Source: Eledone cirrhosa
Taxonomy: Eukaryota
Assembly (NCBI GenBank): GCA_964016885.1
Contig: OZ024741.1
Location: 179,552,001 to 179,616,000 of the forward strand
Length of the DNA: 64,000 nucleotides
Reading direction: 5' to 3'
Below the pieces are notes generated by a model. The model did not search any database and was not told the origin of the DNA. It was given only the letters and a program-made list of their open reading frames with translations. Of the stretch, positions 13,516 through 28,200 are shown one piece after another. The first letter of the stretch is position 1, and every line of letters starts with the position of its first letter. A program made the translations under genes and the position numbers.

Positions 13516-16500
13516 TCATCATCATCATCATCATTTTAACATTTGCTTTCCATGCTTGCATGGGTGAGACATGTTTGTCACAGTTCGAGACTAGATGGCC
13601 AAGAGAACCATATCTTACTCATACATTTAATTTTTGGAATTTCTACAGCTGGATGACCTTCCTAACCAAACACTTTACAGAGTGTACTGGATGCATTGTA
13701 TCGTGGCACAGGCACTGTCACTTTATACAGTGTACTGACTGCATTTTATCATGGCACCAGCACTACCACTTTACAGAGTGGTGGACTAAGTGCATTATTA
13801 TTGTGGCACAAATAAATAAAATAAGAAAGTGAAGCAAATAGACAAAAAAAAAACAACAAATATATCCTTACTTACCAGAGACGGAAACAACATCAGATCA
13901 TTAGAAATATACTGGCATGTAATAGATAAGTCTCTCTCTAGGACATAACTTGAAATTCATCATAGACATCATGGGTTTGAAGGAATTAGATATCTAGATT
14001 CCATTCTAACTAGTCTTTAGTTTTTAATGTTTCATATAAAACATTGAGAAAATTGTAGATTTATCCAATTGTTCTTTGTTAACAGAGAGGAAGAAGCAGT
14101 CGGTTTTCAGGCATGCCACAATGGAGTACACCACGCCACAATGAAAAAAGAGTTATCGTCTCATAAATAAAAGTTGGCATCGTTTTTTATCTGTTAAGAA
14201 AAAAAAAAAAAAAAGATAAGAAAAGAGATATAAAAATGAAAAGAAAATCATCACCATCATCATCATTATTTACAGTCTGTTTTCCATACTTGCAAGGGTT
14301 AGACAGCTTTTCAGTAACTGAGTCTGTAATCAAGCAGAGCCACTGATCTTTCAGATGGGCTGGGACCCTGCTTCTCATTTACATACAATCCCACATCGAC
14401 TGATCTTATTTATTGTGGCACTAGTACTAAAGGAGTTGTTATGTCTTTGACACAGCTGAAGGGTCCTCTCAACAGTTCATTTGGCAGGTTTTCTACAGCT
14501 GGATTTCCTTCCTATCACCAATCACTTTACAAAGTGTACTAGGTGCATTTATTGTGTAAATCACCAATACTAGGGTAGTTGTCATTTCTTTGACACAATT
14601 GAAGAGTCCTTCTGACCCTTTACAGATCTTCTTTAAGTTAAATACTCAATACATGAATTAGGGTTTATTCTGTCAACAATTACCCCTTTCTAATGAAAGA
14701 TACTGCTAACGGTTTTTAAATAACTTTGAAAAAAATCAAGAATTTGGAGGGATTTACTAACATAACTTAACAAATGTTCACACATAAATTTGGGAAGGAA
14801 AATTTCAGATACATAAAATAAATGCTTTAATCCTTTTGATACCAGCCCGTACAGAACTGCTTCTGGTTCTGTAGAACACATTTTAAAAGTTCTTATTTGA
14901 ATTAAAATCTTCCATCAATTTTATATAAGAACTTTTTGTTAAGTTATGTTACAAATACCATTGTAATAATTGTTTCTCATTTTAGCACAAGGCTAGCAAT
15001 TTGTGGGAGAGGAAACGATGTGACTAGCACTTCTTTTTATTGGCCCAAGAAGGATGAAAGGTAAATTTGAACTCAATGGGGTTCAAACTCAGATTGTAAT
15101 GGGCTGGAACTAAATGCTGAAAACATTTTGTTTGAAACTCTAATGATTCTTGTTAATCTACCAACCTTACACCATCTGGATAATGAAACAATAACTTTAG
15201 TAAATCCCTCTAATTGATGAATTTTCAAGTACAATGGATTTTATTATGGTATGAAATATGGTTATAAAAGGATTAAAAATAAACACCTTAATATTGTATG
15301 CAGTTTGGTAGTAAAAGGGTTAACTCGTACATTCATTCAGTTAGGTAAAGCATTAACTATTTTTTTTAAAATTATATTCTTTTATTCTTTTACTGGTTTC
15401 AGTCATTAGATTGAGACAATGTTGGGGCCCAGCCCCAGTACTTATTTTATTGAACTGCTAAGTTATAGAACATAAACAAACACAAATACACATATGTTTT
15501 TGACAGGCTTTTATATACCATAAGGCATTGGTCAAACCCAAAGTGCCACACAGTGTGACTGGACCTAAAACCACATGGTTACAAAGTGAACTTGTGAACC
15601 ACACAGCCATGCCTTTGTCTATATATAGTATGAGTATGCTCAAGTATTACTTTTTTCAATGAATATTGGAGACATTCAATACATATTATTGAGTATACGT
15701 GTTATTCAACCTTGTTACCATATTTCTAATATAAGACACTACAAATGTATTTTAAATGATTCTTAAAATAATCAAGAATTTGGAGGGATTTAGTAATATA
15801 ACTAATATTCTCATTATTAAGCTAGTGTTTTGAACATAACTTAACAAATGTTCTTACATACAATTATAAAGGAATATTTTTAGAGAAATATAAACATTTT
15901 AAAACAAAATTTTGCATCATAGAACTACGGGTGGTTTCAGGTGGTTTGGTATCAAAAGGTCTAAACTGAATTTTCAGGAATCACGTGGTTGTTAACTGAA
16001 CTTTTTAACCACACATCCATAAATATATAAAAATGATTCTATAATGCTGAGGTTAATCTTTTATTCTACTAGTTTTAGTCATTAGACTCCAGTATTTACT
16101 TTTTTCAGGCCTGGTACTCTTAGGTCAACCCCATGCTTATTAATTTTTCAGATACCCTCCCCAGCTTATTAAATTTTGCTAATCTATCTTTTGTTGTAAG
16201 TGATTCATATTGATACAGCAGCTGGAGAATCTAATAATTATTTTATTTTACATTAAAAAAACATTATATATAACAATAAAAGAACATTACAAGAAATCCC
16301 ATATTTATAAACATACACTATACAATTACCCCCGTCCCCTTTATAAGAATTTAAGCAAATGCCTCACCCTTGCTTATTCCAACCCTCCCTACTATTTGGG
16401 ACCCGAGAGTACTTGTATTTTATCAATCGTCTTTGTTGAACCAGTAAGCAACAAGACATAAAAACAAATACAGACACACAGATACATATATTAAAAAAGA

Positions 16501-16839
16501 GAGGTTGAAATTTCAATTCAAAATATTTTATTTATAATGTTGAACTGAATTCCCCCCCCCCCCCCCCCAAAAAAAAACATTGAGCATTGAGTGTTGAAAT
16601 GGGTATCAACTAGTAATTAGTATTACTAATCAACTGACACTATGTATGTGTGTGTATATATATATATATATATAGTAATAATAAATGTGAAGACTAAAAT
16701 CGGAAGAGGACTCAATAACGATTATATATATAAACCCGTAGAGCAAATATTTATTATGAGAACAGATTAAAGTTTAAGCAAAGTATTGCTGCTTTCATCC
16801 TTAACCCTTAAGAAGAAAAATATATATATAGTGTAAATA

Positions 16840-17126
16840 CTACTGTGAAATACTGGTGTTGGTACCAAACAAAGCACTCTATGCACAGGCAGAGTGTATA
16901 TAATAGGAGTTATGGACTTGCCTCCAGTATCGATCTGCTCCTCTGACTGGTGATGCGACAAAAATATATCTTTTGTTGCATCACCAATCTGAGGAGCAGA
17001 TCGATACTAGAGTCGGGTCCATAACCCCTATGAGTCACCTTGAGCCAATCCTCTGCGAAACGCGTGTAACAGGTCGATACACAATAAATATTTTTCATAT
17101 GTAAACAAAACTTCCTCGTTTTTTTC

Positions 17127-17130
<4 letters not shown>
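16840..17130 (+). mobile_element. Foldback hammerhead element copy 1 (Penelope-like pLTR remnant)
   Basis: Inverted repeat 16903-17031; hammerhead motif; AATAAA downstream; ends in (TA)n. Confidence 0.65.
16978..17080 (+). ncRNA. Type I hammerhead ribozyme motif with long stem II (stem I imperfect)
   Basis: CTGAGGA (16989-16995) GCAGA...TCTGC GAAAC-GCGT-GTA (17057-17068). Confidence 0.7.
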
Positions 17131-17210
<80 letters not shown>

Positions 17211-17869
17211 ATATATATATATATATATATATAAAAACTCTTATTCTTTCATTTCCCACCCACCTCTTTAATGTATCCCTTTAAATTTATAAATATTATC
17301 CCTTTAAATTTATAAATATTACCCCTTTCATCATATTTATATATTTAACCTATTTGATACCAAACTGCCTAAAACCACCTCAGCTAATATGATCCGATAC
17401 CATTCATGTTAAAGTGTTTATAACCTTCCATCATAATATTATACAAGAACCTGTAAGTTATACTCTAAACACAAGCTTATATAAGAATGTTAGTTATATT
17501 ACTAAATCCCCAAAAATTCTTGTTCAAAATGATTTGTAAATCATTGGCAGTGTCTTTCATTAGAGTTATGTTAATGAAAGGATTTAATTCAACAATGAAA
17601 TTCATGCAATACATTGGGTGGACCATGCCTGATTATCTCCTATTTGACAGTTCAGGATTGTACAGACTCCCCATTAAACCCATCTAATGCCCTCATCTTA
17701 TTTCTATTGAATGATGGAACCTCTACATGATTATTGCTCGGTCTGCTAGAAATATCAGTCAAATATCTTCATGCCACACATAACATTTTAAAAATTGGAC
17801 ATACTGGTTTGGATGATGTGATCATGGGTTCTCCCTCTATAGAGGAAACATTGTCATAGATCAATTGTT

Positions 17870-20180
17870 GTAGATGTATTGTAGCTGTAGATGTATTGTA
17901 TATGTAGATGTATTGTATATGTACATGTATTGTAGCTGTAGATGTATTGTAGCTGTAGATGTATTGTATATGTATATGTAGTGTATATGTACATGTATTG
18001 TATATGTACATGTATTGTAGCTGTAGATGTATTGTATATGTAGATGTATTGTATATGTACATGTATTGTATATGTAGATGTATTGTATATGTAGATGTAT
18101 TGTATATGTAGATGTAGTGTATATGTAGATGTATTGTATATGTAGATGTATTGTAGCTGTACATGTATTGTAGCTGTAGATGTATTGTATATGTAGATGT
18201 ATTGTATATGTACATGTATTGTATATGTAGATGTATTGTATATGTAGATGTATTGTATATGTAGATGTAGTGTATATGTAGATGTATTGTATATGTAGAT
18301 GTATTGTAGCTGTACATGTATTGTAGCTGTAGATGTATTGTATATGTAGATGTATTGTATATGTACATGTATTGTATATGTAGATGTATTGTATATGTAG
18401 ATGTATTGTATATGTAGATGTAGTGTATATGTAGATGTATTGTATATGTAGATGTATTGTAGCTGTAGATGTATTGTATATGTAGATGTATTGTATATGT
18501 AGATGTATTGTAGCTGTAGATGTAGTGTATATGTACATGTATTGTATATGTAGATGTATTGTAGCTGTAGATGTATTGTATATGTAGATGTATTGTATAT
18601 GTAGATGTATTGTATATGTAGATGTATTGTATATGTAGATGTATTGTATATGTAGATGTATTGTAGCTGTAGATGTATTGTATATGTACATGTATTGTAT
18701 ATGTACATGTATTGTATATGTAGATGTATTGTATATGTAGATGTATTGTATATGTAGATGTATTGTATATGTAGATGTATTGTATATGTAGATGTATTGT
18801 AGCTGTACATGTAGTGTATATGTAGATGTATTGTATATGTAGATGTATTGTATATGTAGATGTATTGTATATGTAGATGTATTGTATATGTAGATGTATT
18901 GTATATGTACATGTATTGTATATGTAGATGTATTGTAGCTGTAGATGTATTGTATATGTAGATGTATTGTATATGTAGATGTATTGTATATGTAGATGTA
19001 GTGTATATGTAGATGTATTGTAGCTGTAGATGTATTGTAGCTGTAGATGTATTGTATATGTAGATGTATTGTATATGTAGATGTATTGTATATGTAGATG
19101 TATTGTATATGTACATGTATTGTATATGTAGATGTATTGTATATGTAGATGTATTGTAGCTGTACATGTAGTGTATATGTAGATGTATTGTATATGTAGA
19201 TGTAGTGTATATGTACATGCATTGTATATGTAGATGTATTGTAGCTGTAGATGTATTGTATATGTACATGTATTGTAGCTGTAGATGTATTGTATATGTA
19301 GATGTAGTGTATATGTAGATGTATTGTATATGTACATGTATTGTATATGTAGATGTATTGTATATGTAGATGTATTGTAGCTGTAGATGTATTGTATATG
19401 TAGATGTATTGTATATGTAGATGTATTGTAGCTGTACATGTAGTGTATATGTAGATGTATTGTATATGTAGATGTAGTGTATATGTACATGTATTGTATA
19501 TGTAGATGTATTGTAGCTGTAGATGTATTGTATATGTAGATGTATTGTATATGTAGATGTATTGTATATGTAGATGTATTGTATATGTAGATGTATTGTA
19601 GCTGTACATGTAGTGTATATGTAGATGTATTGTATATGTAGATGTATTGTATATGTAGATGTATTGTATATGTAGATGTATTGTATATGTAGATGTATTG
19701 TAGCTGTAGATGTATTGTATATGTACATGTATTGTATATGTAGATGTATTGTATATGTAGATGTATTGTATATGTAGATGTATTGTATATGTAGATGTAG
19801 TGTATATGTAGATGTATTGTATATGTACATGTATTGTATATGTAGATGTAGTGTATATGTAGATGTAGTGTAGCTGTAGATGTATTGTATATGTAGATGT
19901 ATTGTATATGTAGATGTAGTGTATATGTAGATGTATTGTATATGTACATGTATTGTATATGTAGATGTATTATATATGTAGATGTAGTGTATATGTAGAT
20001 GTATTGTAGCTGTAGATGTATTGTATATGTAGATGTATTGTATATGTACATGTATTATATATGTAGATGTATTGTATATGTAGATGTATTGTAGCTGTAT
20101 ATGTATTGTATATGTAGATGTATTGTATATGTAGATGTATTGTAGCTGTAGATGTATTGTATATGTATTGTATATGTAGA
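17870..20180. repeat. 17-bp tandem satellite type A (GTAGATGTATTGTATAT, variants ...GTAGCT, GTACAT...)
   Basis: Directly visible head-to-tail array. Confidence 0.97.
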
Positions 20181-20360
20181 TGAATATACATTATATCTGT
20201 AGGTATTTTATATCTATAGATGTATTATATCTGTAGGTATATTACATCTGTAGGTATATTATATCTATAGATGTATTATATCTGTAGGTATATTACATCT
20301 GTAGGTATATTATATCTATAGATGTATTATATCTGTAGGTATATTACATCTTTAGGTATC

Positions 20361-20552
20361 AGGGCGGTGAATCGGCAGTATCGGTAGAGGGTTGGACGCC
20401 ATGCTTTGACGCATAGAGTTACGGCCCTTGCCATTCTGAGTTCAAATCCCGCCAAGGTTAACTTTGCCTTTTTATCCTTACGGGGTCGATAAAATAAAGT
20501 ACCAGTAGTGTACTGGGTAATTGCTGGCCTTGTGCCATAAGTAGAAACAATT
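20361..20552 (+). mobile_element. Meta-like tRNA SINE inserted in the satellite
   Basis: GGGCGGTGAATCGGCAGTATCGGTAGAG...CTGAGTTCAAATCCC...GGGGTCGATAAAATAAAGTACCAG...GAAACAAT. Confidence 0.88.
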
Positions 20553-23500
20553 ATATCTGTAGGTATATTATATCTGTAGATGTATTATATCTGTAGATGT
20601 ATTATATCTGTAGGTATATTATATCTATAGATGTATTATATCTGTAGATATATTATATCTGTAGATGTATTATATCTGTAGGTATATTATATCTATAGAT
20701 GTATTATATCTGTAGATGTATTATATCTGTAGGTATATTATATCTGTAGGTATATTATATCTGTAGGTATATTATATCTGTAGATGTATTATATCTGTAG
20801 ATGTATTATATATGTAGGTATATTATATCTATAGATGTATTATATCTGTAGATGTATTATATCTGTAGATATATTATATCTGTAGATGTATTATATCTGT
20901 AGGTATATTATATCTGTAGGTATATTATATCTGTAGATATATTATATCTGTAGGTATATTATATCTGTAGATATATTATATCTGTAGATGTATTATATCT
21001 GTAGGTATATTATATCTATAGATGTATTATATCTGTAGATGTATTATATATGTAGGTATAATATATCTATAGATGTATTATATCTGTAGATGTATTATAT
21101 CTGTAGATATATTATATCTGTAGATGTATTATATCTGTAGGTATATTATATCTATAGATGTATTATATCTGTAGATGTATTATATCTGTAGATGTATTAT
21201 ATATGTAGGTATATTATATCTATAGATGTATTATATCTATAGATGTATTATATCTGTAGATGTATTATATCTGTAGATGTATTATATCTGTAGATGTATT
21301 ATATCTGTAGGTATATTATATCTGTAGATATATTATATCTGTAGATGTATTATATCTGTAGGTATATTATATCTATAGGTGTATTATATCTGTAGATGTA
21401 TTATATCTGTAGGTATATTATATCTATAGAGTATTATATCTGTAGGTGTATTATATCTGTAGGTGTATTATATCTGTAGGTGTATTATATCTGTAGATGT
21501 ATTATATCTATAGGTGTATTATATCTGTAAGTGTATTATATCTGTAGGTGTATTATATGTGTAGGTATATTATATCTGTAGATGTATTATATCTGTAGGT
21601 GTATTATATCTGTAGATGTATTATATCTGTAGGTATATTATATCTATAGGTATATTATATCTGTAGATGTATTATATCTGAGGTGTATTATATCTGTAGG
21701 TATATTATATCTGTAGGTATATTATATCTGTAGGTGTATTATATCTATAGGTATATTATATCTGTAAGTATATTATATCTGTAGATGTATTATATCTGTA
21801 GGTATATTATATCTGTAGGTGATTTATATCTGTAGGTATATTTTATCTGTAGGTATATTATATCTGTAGGTATATTATATTTGTAGATGTATTATATCTA
21901 TAGATGTATTATATCTGTAGGTGTATTATATCTATAGATGTATTTTATCTGTAGGTATGTTATATCTGTAGGTATATTATATCTGTAGGTATATTAGATC
22001 TGTAGATGTATTATATCTATAGATGTATTATATTTGTAGGTATGTTATATCTGTAGATGTATTATATCTGTAGATGTATTATATCTATAGATGTATTATA
22101 TCTGTAGGTATGTTATATCTGTAGGTATATTATATCGGTAGGTATGTTATATCTGTATATGTATTATATCTATAGATGTATTATATCTATAGGTATATTA
22201 TATCTGTAGATGTATTATATCTATAGATGTATTATATTTGTAGGTATATTATATCTGTAGATATATTATATCTGTAGGTATATTATATCTGTAGATGTAT
22301 CATATCTGTAGGTATATTATATCTGTAGATGTATTATATCTGTAGGTATATTATATCTGTAGATGTATTATATCTGTAGATGTATTATATCTGTAAGTGT
22401 ATTATATCTGTAGGTGTATTATATCTGTAGGTATATTATATCTATAGAGTATTATATCTGTAGGTGTATTATATCTGTAGGTATATTATATCTGTAGGTA
22501 TATTATATCTATAGAGTATTATATCTGTAGGTGTATTATATCTGTAGGTATATTATATCTGTAGATGTATTATATCTGTAGGTGTATTATATCTGTAGGT
22601 ATATTATATCTATAGAGTATTATATCTGTAGGTATATTATATCTGTAGGTATATTATATCTATAGAGTATTATATCTGTAGGTGTATTATATCTGTAGGT
22701 ATATTATATCTGTAGGTATATTATATCTGTAGATATATTATATCTGTAGGTGTATTATATCTGTAGGTATATTATATCTATAGAGTATTATATCTGTAGG
22801 TGTATTATATCTGTAGGTGTATTATATCTGTAGGTATATTATATCTGTAGGTATATTATATCTGTAGGTGTATTATATCAGTAAGTATATTATATCTGTA
22901 GGTATATTATATCTGTAGATATATTATATCTGTAGATGTATTATATCTGTAGATGTATTATATCTGAGGTGTATTATATCTGTAGGTATATTATATCTAT
23001 AGAGTATTATATCTGTAGGTATATTATATCTGTAGGTATATTATATCTATAGAGTATTATATCTGTAGGTGTATTATATCTGTAGGTGTATTATATCTGT
23101 AGGTGTATTATATCTGTAGGTGTATTATATCTGTAGATGTATTATATCTGTAGGTGTATTATATCTGTAGGTATATTATATCTGTAGATGTATTATATCT
23201 ATAGGTATATTATATCTGTAGATGTATTATATCTGTAGATGTATTATATCTGTAGGTATATTATATCTGTAGATGTATTATATCTATAGATGTATTATAT
23301 CTGTAGATGTATTATATCTGTAGCTATATTATATCTATAGAGTATTATATCTGTAGGTGTATTATATCTATAGGTGTATTATATCTGTAGGTGTATTATA
23401 TCTGTAGGTATATTATATCTGTAGATGTATTATATCTGTAGGTGTATTATATCTGTAGATATATTATATCCGTAGGTATATTATATCTATAGGTATATTA

Positions 23501-25118
23501 TATCTGTAGATGTATTATATCTGTAGGTGTATTATATCTGTAGATGTAGTATATCTGTAGGTGTATTATATCTGTAGGTATATTATATCTATAGAGTATT
23601 ATATCTGTAGGTGTATTATATCTGTAGGTATATTATATCTATAGAGTATTATATCTGTAGGTGTATTATATCTGTAGGTATATTATATCTGTAGGTATAT
23701 TATATCTGTAGATGTATTATATCTGTAGGTATATTATATCTATAGAGTATTATATCTGTAGGTATATTATATCTGTAGGTATATTATATCTATAGAGTAT
23801 TATATCTGTAGGTATATTATATCTGTAGGTATATTATATCTATAGAGTATTATATCTGTAGGTGTATTATATCTGTAGGTATATTATATCTGTAGGTATA
23901 TTATATCTGTAGATATATTATATCTGTAGGTGTATTATATCTGTAGGTATATTATATCTATAGAGTATTATATCTATAGGTGTATTATATCTGTAGGTGT
24001 ATTATATCTGTAGGTATATTATATCTGTAGGTGTATTATATCAGTAAGTATATTATATCTGTAGGTATATTATATCTGTAGATATATTATATCTGTAGAT
24101 GTATTATATCTGTAGATGTATTATATCTGAGGTGTATTATATCTGTAGGTATATTATATCTGTAGGTATATTATATCTATAGAGTATTATATCTGTAGGT
24201 GTATTATATCTGTAGGTGTATTATATCTGTAGGTGTATTATATCTGGAGGTATATTATATCTGTAGATGTATTATATCTGTAGGTATATTATATCTGTAG
24301 GTATATTATATTTGTAGATGTATCATATCTGTAGGTATATTATATCTGTAGGTATATTATATCTATAGATGTATTATATCTGTAGGTATGTTATATCTGT
24401 AGGTATATTATATCTGTAGATGTATCATATCTGTAGGTATATTATATCTGTAGATGTATTATATCTGTAGATGTATTATATCTGTAGATGTATTATATCT
24501 ATAGATGTATTATATCTGTAGATGTATTATATCTGTAGGTATATTATATCTATAGAGTATTATATCTGTAGGTGTATTATATCTATAGGTGTATTATATC
24601 TGTAGGTGTATTATATCTGTAGGTATATTATATCTGTAGATGTATTATATCTGTAGGTATATCATATCTGTAGGTGTATTATATCTGTAGATGTAGTATA
24701 TCTGTAGGTATATTATATCTATAGGTGTATTATATCTGTAGGTGTATTATATCTGTAGGTATATTTTATCTGTAGGTATATTATATCTGTAGGTATATTA
24801 TATCTGTAGGTATATTATATCTGTAGGTATATTATATCTGTAGATGTATTATATCTATAGATGTATTATATCTGTAGGTATGTTATATCTGTAGGTATAT
24901 TATATCTGTAGATGTATCATATCTGTAGGTATATTATATCTGTAGATGTATTATATCTGTAGATGTATTATATCTGTAGGTGTATTATATCTGTAGGTAT
25001 ATTATATCTGTAGATGTAGTATATCTGTAGGTGTATTATATCTGTACATGTATTATATCTGTAGGTTTATTATATCTGTAGATGTATTATATCTGTAGGT
25101 ATATTATATCTATAGAGT

Positions 25119-25298
25119 GTGAATTGGCAGTATCGGTAGAGGGTTGGACGCCATGCTTTCTAGCATAGTTACGTCCCTTTACAGTCTGAGTTCAAATCCC
25201 GCCGAGGTTAACTTTGCCTTTCATCCTTACGGGGTCGATAAAATAAAGTACCAGTAATGTACTGGGTAGTTGCTGGCCTTGTGCCTAAAGTAGAAACA
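25119..25298 (+). mobile_element. Meta-like tRNA SINE (slightly 5'-truncated) inserted in the satellite
   Basis: Same subfamily as 20361 and 63611. Confidence 0.88.
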
Positions 25299-28200
25299 AT
25301 TATATCTGTAGGTGTATTATATCTGTAGATGTATTATATCTGTAGATGTATTATATCTGTAGGTATATTATATCTATAGTGTATTATATCTGTAGGTGTA
25401 TTATATCAGTAGGTGTATTATATCTGTAGGTATATTATACCTGTAGGTATATTATATCTATAGGTATATTATATCAGTAGGTGTATTATATCTGTAGGTA
25501 TATTATATCTGTAGGTATATTATATCTGTAGATGTATTATATCTGTAGGTATATTATATCTATAGGTATATTATATCTGTAGGTATATTATATCTGTAGA
25601 TGTATTATATCTGTAGATGTATTATATCTGTAGATGTATTATATCTGACGGTATATTATACCTGTAGGTATATTATATCTGTAGATGTATTATATCTGTA
25701 GATGTATTATATCTGTAGATGTATTATATCTGTACATGTATTATATCTATAGATGTATTATATCTATAGGTATATTATATCTGTAGGTATATTATATCTA
25801 TAGGTATATTATATCTGTAGGTATATTATATCTGTAGATGTATTATATCTGTAGGTATATTATATCTATAGGTATATTATATCTGTAGGTATATTATATC
25901 TGTAGGTATATTATATCTGTAGATGTATTATATCTGTAGGTATATTATATCTATAGGTATATTATATCTGTAGGTGTATTATATCTGTAGATATATTATA
26001 TCTATAGAGTATTATATCTGTAGGTGTATTATATCTCTATGTGTATTATATCTGAAGATGTATCATATCTGTAGGTATATTATATCTGTAGGCGTATTAT
26101 ATCTCTATGTGTATTATATCTATAGGTGTATTATATCTGTAGGTGTATTATATCTGTAGGTATATTATATCTGTAGGTATATTATATCTGTAGGTATATT
26201 ATATCTATAGGTGTATTATATCTGTAGGTATATTATATCTGTAGGTATATTATATCTATAGGTGTATTATATCTGTAAGTATATTATATCTGTAGGTATA
26301 TTACATCTGTAGGTATATTATATCTATAGATGTATTATATCTGTAGATGTATTATATCTATAGATATATTATATCTGTAGGTGTATTATATCTGTAGGTG
26401 TATTATATCTATAGGTATATTATATCTGTAGGTATATTATATCTGTAGATGTATTATATCTGTAGGTATATTATACCTGTAGGTATATTATATCTGTAGA
26501 TATATTATATCTGTAGGTGTATTATATCTATAAAGTATTATATCTGTAGATGTATTACATCTGTAGATGTATTACATCTGTAGGTATATTATATCTGTAG
26601 GTATATTATATCTGTAGGTATATTATATCTGTAGGTATATTATATCTGTAGATGTATTATATCTGTAGGTATATTATATCTGTAGGTATATTATATCTGT
26701 AGGCATATTATATCTGTAGATGTATTATATCTATAGATGTATTATATTTGTAGGTATATTATATCTGTAGGTATATTATATATGTAGGTATATTATATCT
26801 GTAGATGTATTATATCTGTAGGTATATTATATCTGTAGATGTATTATATCTGTAGATTATTATATCTGTAGATGTATTATATATGTAGATGTATTATATC
26901 TGTAGATGTATTATATCTGTAGGTATATTATATCTATAGGTGTATTATATCTGTAGGTGTATTATATCTGTAGGTATATTATATCTGTAGATGTATTATA
27001 TCTGTAGGTATATTATACCTGTAGGTATATTATATCTGTAGATATATTATATCTGTAGGTGTATTATATCTATAAAGTATTATATCTGTAGATGTATTAC
27101 ATCTGTAGATGTATTACATCTGTAGGTATATTATATCTGTAGGTATATTATATCTGTAGGTATATTATATCTGTAGGTATATTATATCTGTAGATGTATT
27201 ATATCTGTAGATGTATTATATCTGTAGGTATATTATATCTGTAGATGTATTATATCTATAGATGTATTATATCTGTAGGTATATTATATCTGTAGGTATA
27301 TTATATCTGTAGGTATATTATATCTGTAGATGTATTATATCTGTAGGTATATTATATCTGTAGATGTATTATATCTGTAGATATATTATATCTGTAGATG
27401 TATTATATCTGTAGATGTATTATATCTGTAGATGTATTATATCTGTAGGTATATTATATCTATAGGTGTATTATATCTGTAGGTGTATTATATCTGTAGG
27501 TATATTATATCTGTAGATGTATTATATCTGAGGTGTATTATATCTGTAGGTGTATTATATCTGTAGGTGTATTATATCTATAGATGTATTATATCTGTAG
27601 GTATATTATATCTGTAGGTATATTATATCTGTAGATGTATTATATCTGTAGATGTATTATATCTGTAGGTATATTATATCTGTAGGTATATTATACCTGT
27701 AGGTATATTATATCTATAGGTATATTATATCTGTAGGTGTATTATATCTATAGATGTATTATATCTATAGATGTATTATATCTATAGATGTATCATATCT
27801 ATAGGTGTATTATATCTATAGATGTATTATATCTATAGATGTATTATATCTGTAGGTATATTATATCTGTAGGTATATTATATCTGTAGGTATATTATAT
27901 CTGTAGATGTATTATATCTATAGATGTATTATATCTGTAGGTATGTTATATCTGTAGGTATATTATATCTGTAGATGTATCATATCTGTAGGTATATTAT
28001 ATCTGTAGATGTATTATATCTGTAGATGTATTATATCTGTAGGTGTATTATATCTGTAGGTATATTATATCTGTAGATGTATTATATCTGTAGGTGTATT
28101 ATATCTGTACATGTATTATATCTGTAGGTTTATTATATCTGTAGATGTATTATATCTGTAGATGTATTATATCTGTAGGTATATTATATCTATAGAGTAT

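Noticed and set aside
17769-20191. ORFs of 582-760 aa rich in Y/I/H/T
   Set aside because: Translations of the stop-free strand of a 17-bp satellite, open in all three frames; no evidence of coding.
20361-20460. tRNA genes suggested by A/B boxes (here and in other copies)
   Set aside because: No complete cloverleaf; each runs into a SINE core, so these are SINE heads.
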